Positions 40,590-55,612 of a stretch of 64,000 nt of DNA are shown here, piece by piece. The DNA is taken from NCBI GenBank assembly GCA_000165425.1, contig CT868657.1, forward strand, positions 208,205 through 272,204, in the 5' to 3' direction. The stretch comes from Paramecium tetraurelia (taxonomy: Eukaryota). Within the stretch, counting starts at the first letter, position 1, and each line of letters opens with the position of its first letter. The position numbers and the translations under genes were made by a program. The notes beneath the pieces are model-generated. The model was not told the DNA's origin. It did no database searches and saw only the letters and a program-made list of their open reading frames with translations.

Positions 40590-41353
40590 TCAATATCAAA
40601 TATATTTGCATTATTATATTGCATTTTTATTATTATTATTCCATTAATCTATATATCTATATGTCTTCTTATGTTAAATTATTAAGAAGAATTGATATTC
40701 AAGATTATTATTATTTGTAATTTAACATTTCTAAAAATTGTTAAAATTGTTTATTATTATTTATACTTAATAATCCTTTGTCAAAAAATAAAAGTCATTT
40801 AATTAAAATTAGTTAATAAATTTAATTAATTGTATTAATTATATTCCCCTATTCTAATTTTAATGAATGATATATTCTTAACTTACCCAAAAATGATTTT
40901 TACAGATTGATAGTTGTCTATTGACACTCACTATGATAGAACAAAAGATTTTTATGTATAATTTTGTTCTTATTAATTTATTTTATGATGGAATGAAAAA
41001 CTAATAAATATTTTTATTTTGATGTAATGAAAAAATAAGGAACTCTTGCCTTGTGTTATCGTATCGTCAGAACTTGATGTCCAGTAATAGGATTTACAGT
41101 AATAAGTAGTTATTTTTATTTAATAATAAACAAGAATTTTCAAAATGTAGGTCCTATATAAATTGCTAAATTCTTCATTGTGTGCGATAATTGTAAGGTA
41201 TTCATAAAATTTAGTTTATGAAGGAAAGATATATTACTGAACGATTGTTCAATTAAAATGAAGAATTAAAAAAGAGTATTGAAATAACTGAATTTTGGTA
41301 TTAAAAGGGATATCTGATTGATTAAGTAAAACAAAAATAAATTTATTAGGAGA

Positions 41354-42118
41354 ATGTTACCATCTGATATAATAGCCCCTTAGCGTAAGGCTTGGACCTT
41401 TGAAGAAGATCATCAATTGTAAGAATTGCGATAAAGCATGGGATTGGACTGGATTGAAGTCGCTCGTTAAATTGGAGGGAGAAACCCATCACAATGTGCT
41501 CAGAGATGGAAACGAATCAAAGGCTATAAGCTGAGAAGATAATGGACTTCAGAGGAAGATGATAAACTAAAGAGTTTAGTCAAAGAATATGGATACCATT
41601 GGAGTAGAATCGCCAAATTATTGCCAAATAGATCAGGCAAGTAAATTAGAGAGCACTATTTGAACCAATTGCACCCAAATTTGAACACTGAACCTTGGAG
41701 TGTAGAGGAGGATGAGTAATTATTAGAAATATATAAAAAAATTGGGGGGAAATGGAGTGCCATATAGAAAAAATTGAATGGGAGATCGGAAAATAGCATA
41801 AAGAATCGATTTTATTCATACCTTAGATCGAAACATTTTGGAGTTAAGAACCCATACTACATTGTTCCAGAATAAGTAAAAATAACAAAGACTGATTAAA
41901 AACAAAATAAAATAGATGAAATTCACTCTCAAGATTACTCAGTTTAAATTTATTGGAATAATACTTAATAATACATGCTACCAATGAGTACGAACAGTTA
42001 TCCTTCAATGAGTCCAGTGAATAACTTTCCCTCTTTTTAAATATTTTATCCGGTTTTGACTTGCCCTCCTCCCCATTATTTATTGCCATATACGTCAAAT
42101 GTTATCTAACCATGTTGA
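41354..42118 (+). CDS. Three-repeat Myb transcription factor
   Basis: WTFEEDHQL..WIEVA..GRNPSQCAQRW; WTSEEDDKL..WSRIAKLLPNRSGKQIREHY; WSVEEDEQL..GKWSAI..GRSENSIKNRF. Confidence 0.92.
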
Positions 42119-42695
42119 ACAGATATGAATATGTATATTTTATAGAGTATAAAAATATTTTATAATTTCTTATTTTCCAATAAATTAATACTTAAAATTC
42201 ACGTTATAAGTCATTATAAGTATTAGCAAAAGGTCTTACCTTTTGATACAAATTTTGACTAATTTTAACATTTATTTTATATATATATATTTCAATTTAG
42301 CAAAAGTTTCAAGTGCTAATTTAGAATAAAACGAATGATTATTTAGTAAAGAAGTAATTGTTTTTTGATACAATTTTTTACTTGCTTATTAATTTTATTG
42401 AAATGTTCATTAGATAAGAATTCGAAAGAGTTGTAAATTTAATTTATTGTAGTAATTATATTTAGGTTATGTATGTTACTATAATAAATTAACATAAATT
42501 CTGATTTTTATTTAATTGCTGGAGTGTATAAAATGATTTATAAAGCATATAGAGTGCTATTATTTTATAAATAGGGATAATTATCAAATGATGCAACGAT
42601 TTTGGAAGAATGGGCTTTGATGATAAAATGAGGAGATAATGTGTGGATAAGTAATAATTATTTGCAGATTAAATTAAAATATCTTAATATAACAC

Positions 42696-44049
42696 ATGGT
42701 ATACTATCTGATTGGTGCTCCTCACAAGTCTAACGAATAGACGGCTTGGTTGGAGACGGAGAAACACGTTCTGACTTCTGGAATATCGAGATAAGCTAAG
42801 GGGAGAATTTTGCAGACAGAGATAGGAAAATTCAAGTTGGGGAATTTGGATCACTTGATGTTCATCAATGATAGTTTGTTGAAATAGGAATCAGTTGTGG
42901 AGAGTTTGCTTAAGAAGATTGAGAGATAGTATTTGGATGTCACAGAGAAGGTTAGTTATGACTTCATAATTGAATTGAAAGAGGGTCCATGTATGATAAG
43001 AAATATTATTCTTAGAGAGCATTGAGAATTTTTTATTCTAATTCAAATGGAATGACCAAACCTTCCCAAGAGCATCAGCATTAAGCGAATTAGTCAAGGC
43101 AATTTCATCCGTAAAGAATTTATTTATGCTGATTAGAGAGCAACCCATGTGGAGACAGATTTGAGACAAAAATCAACCAGTTATTAAGAATTGAAGAATC
43201 AGAGTTAACAAGTGGCAAGGAAGGAAGGAAATCTAATGGTGAGGGACTTGGTCGATGTCCTAAAGGAACCCATAGTCAAACCAAGGGATTTCATTTACAG
43301 CGATTATCTAACAACTTTGGTGGCTATAGTACCAAAGACATAGATTTAGGAATGGTTAGCTTGTTATGAATTTTTATGTGAAAATGTTGTGCCATAATCA
43401 GCAAGGTATTTATTAGACAATAAATATATAGATAATTCTAAATTGAAGATAAAGATAATTTGACAATTTGGAGAGTGGTGATCGTTAGGCAATCTTTCGA
43501 TAAGGATCACGACATCGAAGTTGCTGATAAAGGTGATGATGACAAGGGAAAGAAGTAGAGGTAAACTCCAGTCGAGGAATTCATTTAAAAGGCAAGAGAT
43601 AAATTGAGAATTACTGTTAAAGAATTTGAATACAAATCATAGGAATCAAAAGAAAGAGAAAAATTGAGATTGGATCTCAAGTCCAAATCAGATCACATGA
43701 ATGTATCTGAACATCCATATAAATTACATAGACTACATTAAAATAAGCATGCGAAAAAGCATTTAGTGACTTATACATTACGTATATGCATTTGAAGGTT
43801 CTCAGATTAGTTGTGGATATTGCTATGAGATTTGGAGCAGCTGAACCAAATATTTAATGCATCCTTAAAGTATGAATAAATACTATATAATCTAAATAGC
43901 CAGATCAAGGAAAAGAGAAGAAGGTTCAATAATCCCTTTTGAAATTGTTTGCTGATCCTTCTCAAGTAGGGTTATATGGAACGAAAGAAGAATTAGAGGA
44001 CACTGAGGATTTCTTCCCATTTGTGTATGTTCCAATTAACATTCCATGA
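42696..44049 (+). CDS. ATP6V1C: V-type ATPase V1 subunit C
   Basis: FKLGNLDHLMFINDSL, FKWNDQTFP, GNLMVRDL, SDYLTTLVAIVPK, YMHLKVLRLVVDIAMRFG, FFPFVYVPI. Confidence 0.92.
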
Positions 44050-44127
44050 AATCTAATTTTAGGAATGGAGATTTATCCAAATACAAAAACAATTATTTGC
44101 AATTTAATTAAATAAAATATCTTATTC

Positions 44128-45389
44128 ATGCAAAGAGTCCAACATCTCAGTGCTTAAGTCAATAATTGTACACCTGTTCCACCAAGAAGTGATAACGACG
44201 TTGTCATTTGCGGTGCCGTTAGAACCCCTTTGACCAAAGCCAAAAGAGGATTATTGAGAGACACTCCTCCTGAAATCCTTCTTAGCACAGCCTTCACAGG
44301 TCTTTTGGAAAGAACCAAGGTTGATCCAAAATTGATCCAAGACATCGTTGTTGGTAATGTCAATCAACCTGGAAGTGGTGCCATTGTATCTAAGATGGCT
44401 GCCTTCTTATCTGGATTCCCAGATACAACTTGTTTGACAGCAATCAATAGATTCTGTTCATCAGGAATTGAAGCATGTGCTGTCATTGCTGCCAAAATTA
44501 GATCTGGAATGTTGGATATTGGTATTGGAGCTGGAGTTGAACAAATGACTATGTATGATATGTAAAGTCAAATGAACGCTGAATTACTCAGTGATGCTAT
44601 CTTTGATCATCCATGTGCAAGAGATTGCTTATTGGGTATGGGATAAACATCTGAGAATGTTGCAGCCCAATTTGGAGTCACAAGATTGTAATAAGATAAA
44701 TTTGCTTATGAATCCTAATAAAAGGCTTACAAAGCATAATAAGAAGGATTATACAAGGATGAAATAATTCCAGTCAAGACCTTCATTAAAGATGGAGATA
44801 AAACTAAAGAAGTCATTGTTACAGAAGACGATGGAATCAGAAAGGAAACCACTCTTGAAGGCCTTGGTAAATTGAAGCCTGCCTTTGGAAAGGATGGATC
44901 AACAACAGCTGGTAACTCCTCTTAAGTTACTGATGGTGCTGCTGCTGTTCTTTTGGCTAGAAGATCTGTTGCCAAGAAATTGGGATTACCAATCTTAGCC
45001 AGATTTGTTGATTACACTGTTGCTGGTGTACCACCCAATATCATGGGTATTGGACCAGCTGCTGCTATCCCATAATTATTATAAAGAAATGCTTTGAAAC
45101 CAAATGACATCTGCATCTATGAAATTAATGAAGCCTTTGCCAGTTAATCTGTTTACTCAGTTGAAAAGATTGGAATTGAACCAAGCAGAGTTAATCCAAA
45201 GGGTGGTGCTATTGCCTTGGGACATCCATTAGGTATATAAAAATTTAAAGTTTAGGATGTACTGGTGCCAGATAAGTTGCCACTTTATTACCAGAAATGA
45301 AGAGAAAGAAGGCTAAGTATGGTGTCATTTCTATGTGTATTGCTACTGGTATGGGTGCTGCTGCCTTAATTGAAAATGAATAATAATGA
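44128..45389 (+). CDS. 3-ketoacyl-CoA thiolase (probably peroxisomal)
   Basis: INRFCSSG, GNSSQVTDGAAA, NEAFASQ, GAIALGHPLG, SMCIATGMG; N-terminal RVQHLSAQV is PTS2-like. Confidence 0.95.
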
Positions 45390-45431
45390 GTTTATTGTAC
45401 AAAATAAAAAAGAATATATTTATATATATAA

Positions 45432-47101
45432 ATGGATTAAGAAAATGAAGATGTGCGTCTAGCGTTTCCTGAATATCTAACCAATAAAGATGAAGACGAG
45501 TAAATGCTAGATCAATGCATTTAGCAATTTGAAAAAATACAGGATTGCTAAGATTAATCAATTAGAAATTTAATAGAAGCTAAATTGGCTGTTGTGATCA
45601 ACCAAACACCTCATTCCTCAGTTGTAAGTTTGTACGAGAACTTAGCTGCCGAGTATAAAATTTCTGTATTATTTATCAACAAAAAATAGCCTAAACATCA
45701 CAAAGTGTCAAAGTTTTTTAATCAATTCCCCTCTATGAAAGTGACCAATGAATTTATTGATGGTAAGATCCTCCAATTGCCTTGGCCAGTTATTGGTGCT
45801 TTAAAAGCATAAGATTTATAAGATCATTTGCTAAAGATATTTAATTTTAATTATGGAAGAGTTGGATTGCATGAATTTCCCTTACTGTGGTTTCCTAAAT
45901 TATTAAAATCTTACACTTTTCTCCTAGATAATTTGTTCAACACTAAAACTAAACTATTGCAAGATGAAAAATATTATTTGGCCATAATGGTATGCATATT
46001 CTCCATATTTTAGGGGGCAGCTGCATCTGGATGCGAATAATTATACCTATTACTCTCACAGATATTCTATCTAAACGAGGGAGATAGGAATTGGATAGAA
46101 GTAGGCTATGACTGTGTTGATGCTCATATTTAATAATTAGATCCTATCTGTAAACTCTTGATAACTAAACCATGGGATCCTCAACTCTCCAAAGAATTGC
46201 ATAAACTACTCAAAGGCAAGTGGAGAAGAAAAGAACTAGTGTAAGCCTTGATGATATTCATATTCTACAACAATTTGGGAAGTTTTTCTTTGGGGAATGG
46301 TATCGTTAAAGAGATGGATGTCACTGTTGGTAACAACTCTGTGAATAACAGTGTCCAATATGCTTAACATGAATCCTTGATTGATTTTATCCAAAACGAA
46401 TCCATACTCTAAGAACTTAAGCAATCTGCACTTCTTGAGGAAGAACTTCCACCTGAAGAAGCTCATGTGCAAATTCAAATTAGATAAAAAACCTCTCAAT
46501 CATACAGTTTTTATGTTGAGGAAACAGATTAACAACTTAAATTACATTTTGATGAAAAGTTCTCTAAGCATTTTTCACACTCTGAATTAACTTATTGCGA
46601 AAGCAAAAGTGTTTTGAGATCTTCAGTAAAATTGTTTGAAATTATTAGGAATATTCGTTTTAATTGAATAGCTATCCTGTTTTAAAAGAAGCCTTTTTAG
46701 AAGGAGCAGATGCTATCAGTAATTTATTATAAGAAGTCAAGCATATGACAAGAAATTCATTTGGAAATGAGGAAGTGGCTACCACTGCCTTTAGAAAAGC
46801 AATACGTTATTATGGGGAAGGACAATTCAGATATTAGCATGAAGATATTGATTATTGGGCATAGGTATTCATAAATAACATATTTTTATTATGAAAGATG
46901 GAGAAGCTACTTCCACAATAATTGAAATAATTCATTAAAATACTTATTTGGACTCCAAATGTGATATCAAAATCCCATATTGAGTAAATTTAACTCTAAC
47001 TATCAGCCGATGAATTGTGTCATATCATACTTCTAACCGTTGCAGCAAAAATTGAAACTTAATTAATTTATTTATCTAAATCCTTAGTTGAGTTTATGTG
47101 A
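45432..47101 (+). CDS. Sestrin (PA26)-like protein
   Basis: KYYLAIMGAAASGCEQL...GD.NW...LLITKPW...WRRKELVQALMIF.FYNNL.SF.WG; C-terminal TTAFRKAIRYY...HEDIDY...LCHIILL. Confidence 0.8.
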
Positions 47102-47196
47102 AGTATTATTACATGTAAATATACATATATTTCAATATTTTATTGCTGAAATAAATTTATTTTATTAACACTCCTTAAATTCACAATTATCAATAC

Positions 47197-49320
47197 ATGT
47201 AACCAATTTATAATCAGACATTTTCCACACCAAGACAACATGTCCAAGCTTCACCATAACAATAAATTAGCAATAATTACAATTAATTAATGATGCAATA
47301 TTCCGAATTAGAACAGGAAATGTACTCTCAAAGAACTGACAATCATGTCAAGTATCAATAAATTGTTTCAAAAATCGACAACATTTACAATGAATTAACT
47401 AACAATATAAATTAACTTCAGTTTTCATCTAGCTAAGATTACTAATAGTTGCTGCAAGAATTAAAATCTTAAAGAGAACAAAATATTTAAATGTTATCAG
47501 CAATTGCACAAAGACAACAATCTAATAAATAGCAATCATTTTATGGGCATAAATAAAATATATCTGAAAACTATTATGATTAAATAGTTTAACAGGAGTA
47601 GTAACTTCTAGAGGATTTGCAAACCTTGGATAGCTATAAACAACAGAAATATGATAATCATGATCCAATCCCAGTCAATTCAAGAATCTAAATGAATTAT
47701 TTATCGCCTACAAGTCATCAAAGATTCAGTTCTAATTACAACAGTGGGTAACAATAGAAATAACACACACCATTGCTATCAACTAATCATTCATAAAACA
47801 CACCATAAGTGCAGTATTTCAATTAATTAAGATAAAACTATGGCATTATAGAGTTTCCATACAATAATCACTCAGATTAGCAACGTAAATACAATGTATC
47901 TACACCTTAATACGACAAGATATAATCTGCTAGATACTAAATGAATACATAAGGAGGGTATTAAAATAAAAGTCCAATTCTTATTACTAATGAAGAGTAT
48001 ATTGTGGATTAAAGAAATTCATATTATCCAATGAATGTAAGCGCTTAACCAGAAAATGAGCTATCAATGAATTACTAAGTTTAAAATTAAAAATCTTCTT
48101 TAAATTAATTAGGGGCTATTCCAGTACATAAGCATAGGCCTATTTTTGAATAATAAGCTATTAATAAATCAAGGATAACAGAGCCATATTAAGGCTAGCA
48201 TATTAAAGAAATATCTATTGAAAAATAACCAATTCTTAATAACGATATAGAATATTAAATATTTCACTAATAATAAACACCGCCAAGCAGGAGGTAAAAT
48301 TCTTAATAAAGTCTTCCTTAAAATTTTCATTAATAATAGCCGAGTTAGATCCATTAAAAAGAGAAAATATTTGATTTATCGAATATTAATTTGAGCAGAG
48401 ATAAATCAATACAGCATAATGTATAATAATAATAACAACAATAGTAATAGTAATAACAATAATAATAACAACAACAATAACAATAAATATAGCAATAATA
48501 ATAACCATAACAATAACAATAACAATACTAGTAATAATAATACTAACAACAATAATATTAAGATCAATAATATTAATAATAATAGCAATAAATACTAAAT
48601 ACATCATAATTTGAATATCATGATGTAAATAAAAATGATTAAATTCTTCCAGTAGAAGTTTAAAATTAAAATATACTCAATGAATCATAAAAAAGTTATA
48701 TTATGGACTTGTATGGCAATTTAGGCTATGATTAATTTTATTAATATCTCTGTCAAAAATATCCAATAAAAAATTAATACCTCTAAATTAATAATAAACC
48801 TAATCATGGAGATTAAAGAATTTTAAGATAGGATTAAGAAGCCTTAGATTTGATGTAGTATATATATTGTACTATGTGTGATTAATTCATTTCAATTAAG
48901 TAAGCAAATAATCATCTAAACTTCTGCATAAATAATAAACAAGCTAAATAGCCATAAGATGATAAATATTTAGACCTATTTATTTGCTGCACTGAACCAA
49001 TGAATTAATATATAGAAACCAGAGACTAAAAGTAGAGAAGACTAATAAATGAATTGACAAAGATAAAATATTTAATAGAAGTAGCTTTAAAACAAAAAGA
49101 ATATACTGCTGAACAGTAGAAATAAAAAGAATATTGCTTGTTTGCTCTTGAAATCTTAAATTTAATAATAGATAATCCAAGAAATCAGTCCATAACTCAA
49201 TAAGCTTAAGATTTAGTAAGTGTCTATTAAGTCTTGGATCAACAACAATATAACTTTTATAAATAGATTGTTTTTTTATTATAAAAAGCAAATGTAAGAA
49301 TTTCCTAATTAATTTAATGA
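47197..49320 (+). CDS. Q/N-rich low-complexity protein with poly-Q tract and C2HC zinc finger
   Basis: Single TGA-free frame of 708 codons; poly-Q at 48424-48591; CTMCDQFISIKQANNHLNFC motif near 48868. Confidence 0.75.
48424..48591 (+). repeat. Coding poly-glutamine tract (TAA/CAA/TAG mosaic)
   Basis: 49 of 56 codons are Gln, including 21 consecutive. Confidence 0.9.
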
Positions 49321-49416
49321 TATTAAATATATTTTCCTAATCAATTTTAAAACGCCTAATTAAGGATTAATGGCTTCAGTTATTGTGAGTTTAATCTTCT
49401 GAATTTTTCATAAAAT

Positions 49417-51100
49417 TCAACTATCACAAAATAGATTAATCTTAAACTTTTGAATTACTGGAGTTTGTATTCCTTCATTCTTAATCATTTAAATAAATTT
49501 TCATATGTTATGATAACAAAAATTAAACAGCTAGTAGTGCACCCCAGATTTTTTATATTTTCCTAAGTAATTAATTATTCATTGATTTTCAACTCTCATC
49601 TTTATTGATTTAAAAGGAACTGGAAGATGTTTCTTTATTGGTTGCAAGTTAGCCTCTACTCAAACAATTTAAATTCTTTTTTCGTATCCTAATGACTAAC
49701 TGAGCAAAACCTACTTGCCTAATCAAAAATGTTGAAATTTATTCTCTTTATACTATAGTATTTAATTAAAAAAAATCTGTAGTATCTTTTTCTAAATTTT
49801 GTTATTTTTATTCAATTTTGGATGAGCATTATATTTGCAAGTTTTTTGCAGGAACTCTTTAGCCATATTAGATTTAGAAATAAGAAATATAAATTAAATG
49901 GAATAGTCATATAACAGATAGAATTCAACTATTTTTAATAAATTGGAAGAAGTTTGTTGTAAGCTATGAGCAATGCGTTTAGAATTTAGGTTTTTGAAAA
50001 GAATTTGTGTCGCTATCAAAACAATCTAATAGCACTCTCAATTAACCCGGATTGATGTCCCATTAAAATACAAAAATGGATGGCCATTTCAATTAACTCT
50101 AATTATATTTGTAAATCGCATTACATATTGTTTTGAAGTTAACAAAATTAAGATCTCGATTTACTCCTCTTCTTGTATTGCTTTATCAAATGCCTTAATG
50201 ATTGTTAATGCTATAGTATAAAAATATGATATTCCTTATTTGAATAATCCATCCAAATAAACTTGAGTATATTCAAATGGAATAAACTATAATAGTAAGC
50301 TTAGTAGCCATTATTATATGAATAATTCAGTATTTACTTACTTTTAAGATAAATTATCATAAATTCTAGGTACAAATTTATTCAAAAGAAAATCCAAAAT
50401 TTTTGAGTATTTGTTAATAGCATTAAGCGATAATTAAAAAATATCTCGAATTTCCATTTATTCTATTAAATTTACAAAAAGCCAAAAGGCTATCCACTCT
50501 TATTTTGCATGATTGAATAGAATTGAAACTATTTAATTCATTCCCTATACATATCCAATATTGGGATCGTAAACAGAATAAGCAGTCAGAATATTTTTAA
50601 TTTCTGTATGGTGGTTCTCAGCCTTGATTGTTCTTGAAAGATCTCGTTCTATTTGATGAACAATATCTTTCTCAGGCTTTATTTATAGAATTTTTAAAAA
50701 TTGCTACTCCAATTGAAGAAATTCCTATGTAAATAATGTTTTTACTTTCTTTTGATATTTATAGTTCAACCATTTCAGACAATAGGTAGGAATCTTGTTT
50801 TATTCTTTAAATTCACTAATACTATTTTCCGTGACTAATAAAAAAATAAGTATACCAGAGCTTCTTCTTTGTTCAGTCACGCATCTTGTGATTACATTGT
50901 ATTCACTTACAGCATTTTCTTTTGGTTTAGTCTGAATCCTCTTTGATGTTGGAATCTTATTAATTTTTGGTATGTCACAATCTTTTACTATAAAATCGTT
51001 TTTTGCATTTTTATTTATACTGTTGGCTACGTTCAGTGGTACAGGTTATTTTTATTAGCTGATTAATAGATTTAGCGACTTACTTGAGAACACTTTTCAT
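49417..51100 (-). CDS. TBC-domain Rab GTPase-activating protein
   Basis: IVHQIERDLSRT (Arg finger), ILTAYSVYDPNIGYVQGMN (Gln finger), AFWLF, WLLSLL. Confidence 0.9.
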
Positions 51101-51882
51101 ATTATTGTTATCAATCCGTTATAATAATAATATTAAAAATAATACATTAAAACATTTCAATAAAATAAACTATCTTCTCACGAAATTTACAAATTCCTAT
51201 ACCAAAATTACCACAATTCAATAAGTACTAAATCTATGTGAAGTATAGATGAAAAAAAATAACTTAGGAAATTTATTAAGTATTAAATTAAATCATAAAT
51301 TTAATTTCATGGTATTAAACTTCATCTGAATAGTTACTTTTGGTAATCAATTGAAAATTGTATGTGAGAAATAATCTATTCAATTATTATCCATCAGTTT
51401 TAGCTACATAGATGAAGTTGCAATTCTTAATTTAATAATATGATATTAATTATATTGAGTTCTTCAATATTGCCTTATGTAGAACTAATAGAACCAAAAA
51501 AGTAAATGAAAAAAACATAGAATAATTTGGAACACATTTAAATATATAAATTTCCCATTATTTCTTTGAAATAATAAATAAACTTATTCGATAAAGATTT
51601 TCAAATATTCAATCTTTAAAACTAGGAACTATTTTAATTAGTATATTTTAGAAAGTTTAATATTAGGAATTCTATTTTTAAAAGGTCTTAATTACTGATT
51701 TGGTTCCTTTAATTTTTTATTAAAATTAAAAACGTAATGTTGTTTTTAAAATTACATATAATAAGCAATATTAGATATCAATTAAAAGTGATTATTATTA
51801 TATGACCAATTATAAAACCAGTTAAATTCCAAAATCCATACGCGTTTATCAATTGAATATTTGATTAAATTTTAAATCCTGT

Positions 51883-53100
51883 ATGACTGAGACTGTTGAA
51901 CATCTTCGTGATTTTAACTATTATAAACTAAATCAGAATGTTACTCATGTCTTGGCCGAATATATATGGATTGATGGAACTGGAGAGAGAATGAGATCAA
52001 AAACAAAAGTACTTTTTTTATAATAATTATCAAGGTATATCTAACACCAATAACTTAAATTTCAGACCTTGAATGGTGGACCTATGATGGCTCATCGACA
52101 GAATAAGCCAACACTAAATGGTCCGAAATCTATTTGAAACCTGTAGTATATGTGAAAGATCCCTTCCGAGGCGATCCTCACATTTTGGTGTTGTGTGAAA
52201 CATACTTGCCAGACAAAAAGACTCCAGCCAGATATAACTTCAGGTAATTCTTATTATTTATGGTTAGATGGATTGCTAATGAGATCATGGAAAAAGCAAA
52301 GGATTTCAAGCCCTGGTTCGGAATCGAATAAGAATATTTCTTATTAAAACGAACTGGAACAACTCATATCTGGCCTCTTGGATGGCCCACAGGAGGATTC
52401 CCATATCCATAAGGACGATATTACTGTTCAATTGGAGAAAGAAACAACTTTGGACGTGCTTTAGCCGAGGCACATCTCAGAGCTTGTTTGAATGCCGGGA
52501 TCAAAATTGCAGGTATCAATGCAGAGGTTGCTCCATCTTAATGGGAATTCTAAATTGGTATCGCTGAAGGAATCGAAATTGGAGATCACCTGTGGCTGGC
52601 TAGATATATTCTGGAGAGATTAGGTGAAGAATTCGGTATTGATATTAATTATGACCCAAAACCCATCTTGGGAGATTGGAATGGTTCTGGAGCCCATACA
52701 AACTATTCTGATGTCAAAACAAGAGGAGAAGGGGGTTATAAGTATATCGTCGAATAATTGATTCCTTTATTAAGTAATACTCACAAAGAAGTTTTAAAAC
52801 TCTATGGAGCAAATAATGAAAAAAGATTAACAGGTCATCATGAAACCAGTTCTTATGATTAATTCTCTTGGGGAGACGGTTCTAGAGGTGGATCCATCAG
52901 AGTTCCAGTCATAACTAAAGAATTAGGAGCAGGGTATTCAATATCGTTATTCTAATAGTTATTTGGAAGACAGAAGACCAGCTGCTAATATTGATCCATA
53001 TCTAGTCAGTGCAGTCATAGTGGATGTTGCATTGCTAAACAGTACCTATGTCAACCAATTAAAGCAATTATTGGTTTAATCAGCTAAACCACTAGCATGA
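51883..53100 (+). CDS. GLUL: Glutamine synthetase type II
   Basis: [72 protein letters not shown]. Confidence 0.97.
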
Positions 53101-53453
53101 TTATGATCGATATATACAAGAAATCAATATAAAACAATTTATCTAAAGTTATATTCTATACTTTTAAAAATAAGTAATGTTAGATTCATTATGGAATGGA
53201 ATTAGCATTTGTTCAACTTTGTAGAACAAAAATTTCTTATTCCAGATCAAATAGAACCAGAAAATTAATCAGAATTTAGAAATTCCCAACAGTTATAAGA
53301 TGCATTATAATATTATTATATGAAGCGACTTTATTGTTCATGTGGAAATAAAATTTGTTTAATTACAAAAATAATATATCTTAGTAACGGAGTTAAATAT
53401 ATTTAGTTATAATAAGAATTTTTGAACTTATATTATGATTTATTTAAATAATA

Positions 53454-55115
53454 ATGTTAAACTTTTTACAATAGATCGATTAGTTTGGAGTCTAGTAGAA
53501 GTTACAAATTCCTCCGATAAAACCCACATAAAAAAGTGCTCTAGGTGGATTAGTAACGTTAATTTTATATGGTGCCAGTTTGGGATATTTTCTTTTTCAA
53601 ATTTTAGATTGGCAATCTAATAATAAACTCCCTAAAGTCACATTTATCCAATCATAAATTAATTATGCTTAAAAATTAAAGCTTCAAGGAGTATTTGCAG
53701 AAATAAGTTATATGCCATCCTTAAATAATCCAATAGATCCCTTTAATCCTCAAAATCTTATATTTTCACCTCATTTAAGAATCATTCCTTATGACAGATA
53801 GAATGTATACTTAATTTATTATTAAATAGATCTAAAGCATACCTCTTAAGTTTGATTAGGAATAATTAGAAAATGGAAAAATTCTCAACAAATTTCTTAT
53901 TCAAGACATTGAGCCATCCAGCTCTCCTGTTAATTCATTGATACGTGAATAGACTAACTATCAATTATCTTTGGGTTACTGCAATATTAAATTACTTTAA
54001 GAAGGACAATTCTGTGCTAATCAAGATACAATTGATCAATTCTTTAGCCAAACTAATTTCTTTTAAGTCTTTATTTACATATAGCAATTTGATCCCAAAA
54101 CAAAATCATTAAAACTTATACCAAAATATTTTATATTCGATATGATAAAAGATTAGCTTTATTTCACTCAATTTATCCTCAAAGTAGGCGAATTAAACAT
54201 GGATGATGGATTCTTATTTCCTAATTCAAATGAATACACATTTCTCTCTGATTTATAGATTGTTAGTGCTCAATATGATTAAGAATATTCCAAAAATATG
54301 TATGGAGAAGAATTAATTTCAATTTTATTTTTTAATTTAGATTAAATAAAAATAGTAAACAATGTTGAATATCCTAAAATATCAGAAATATTAGCAGACA
54401 CCGGTTCAATAGTAACTTGGATTCTTTCAATCTCTTTTATAGTCTCAAATTATAATGAAACCTTAAGTTTGGAATCAACTTAGAGGAATGTAATTAGTAT
54501 GTATTTTAATGATTTTACTGATTTTTCAATAAAAAAGAATTGGTTAGGCAAAATAATAAGTGTTAACTTTAAAGGAAGAGAATATGATACTTAAAAATCA
54601 GAAGAAATCTTGAATAGATTAAACCAAATTGCAGTAGAAAAGATGAATTATTTGAATTTATAAAATGAAGTAGCTAAGTAATTAATATTATATTAAAACT
54701 TGTAGATTATAATTAATAGTATAAGAACATTTAGGGTTATAGCAAATTAACAAATATTTAGAAACAAAATATCAATTAGATCAACTTTTTGATCAATTAG
54801 GTATACCTGAAAAGGTTTCATAATAGGCGATAAATTAAATTGTATTTCTTTTTTAAATCAAAGCAAGCTTAAAATGAATAGTAATCCGAAGGTATTTCAT
54901 AATTGAATCTAGATGCTGAGAATGATTCAAGGCCTAATAAGCTTATAATTTTAGAATAAGAATTAGAATCAAGAATGGGGCTTTTAGACATCAAGAAATA
55001 TGAAAATGGTGGATTTAAATAGTTAAATAGTAACTTGCAAGTAAAGGAGTCATTTTAAAATTTAAATACGTATGTGAAAGTAAGTAACCTTGAAAAATCT
55101 GTAGATGTTAAATGA
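53454..55115 (+). CDS. Two-TM membrane protein with large loop (ciliate family), copy 1
   Basis: IDQFG...KSALGGLVTLILYGASLGYFLFQ (TM1) ... YPKISEILADTGSIVTWILSISFIVS (TM2). Confidence 0.8.
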
Positions 55116-55612
55116 ATTAACCAAAAATAATTACCAAAAAACTTAATATGAAATTAATAATACAAAATATATCATCAAATTTGATGAATCAAAAATCCTT
55201 TCTTTTTTATTTATTTATATATTATTAAAGATTGAAAACCAGCACTTCTGTTATTTGCAGTGTGTTTCTTTAAAAATATCTTTTTTATCACTACAATTAA
55301 TATTATTTAATCAGAATAATTTTAATTGCAAATTCTATAAAATTTAATCCTAAAATATGATTAATGTGATTATGGTTAGGGATAGTTAAACACATTTAAG
55401 GGTAAAAATTTTTTATTTTCAGCTATTAAAATTAAGAACAATAATCAGTTTATATTTTCAAATTTTTCTCACTTTTTTAAACACCAGGATTAGATGAATA
55501 ATCTTTATGATGAAAATAATCGTTCAAATTGCGAAGATAACAAAATCTTTCATATAAAACATAATAAATCTAAATAAAAAAATGGTAAGATTTATTATAT
55601 ATTTAATAAAAT

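Noticed and set aside
42585..42670. ATGATG box-C-like motif suggesting a C/D snoRNA
   Set aside because: No properly placed CTGA box D or terminal stem
48386..48607. Poly-Leu and poly-Ile/Val ORFs on the minus strand in the ORF track
   Set aside because: Antisense shadows of the plus-strand poly-Gln tract
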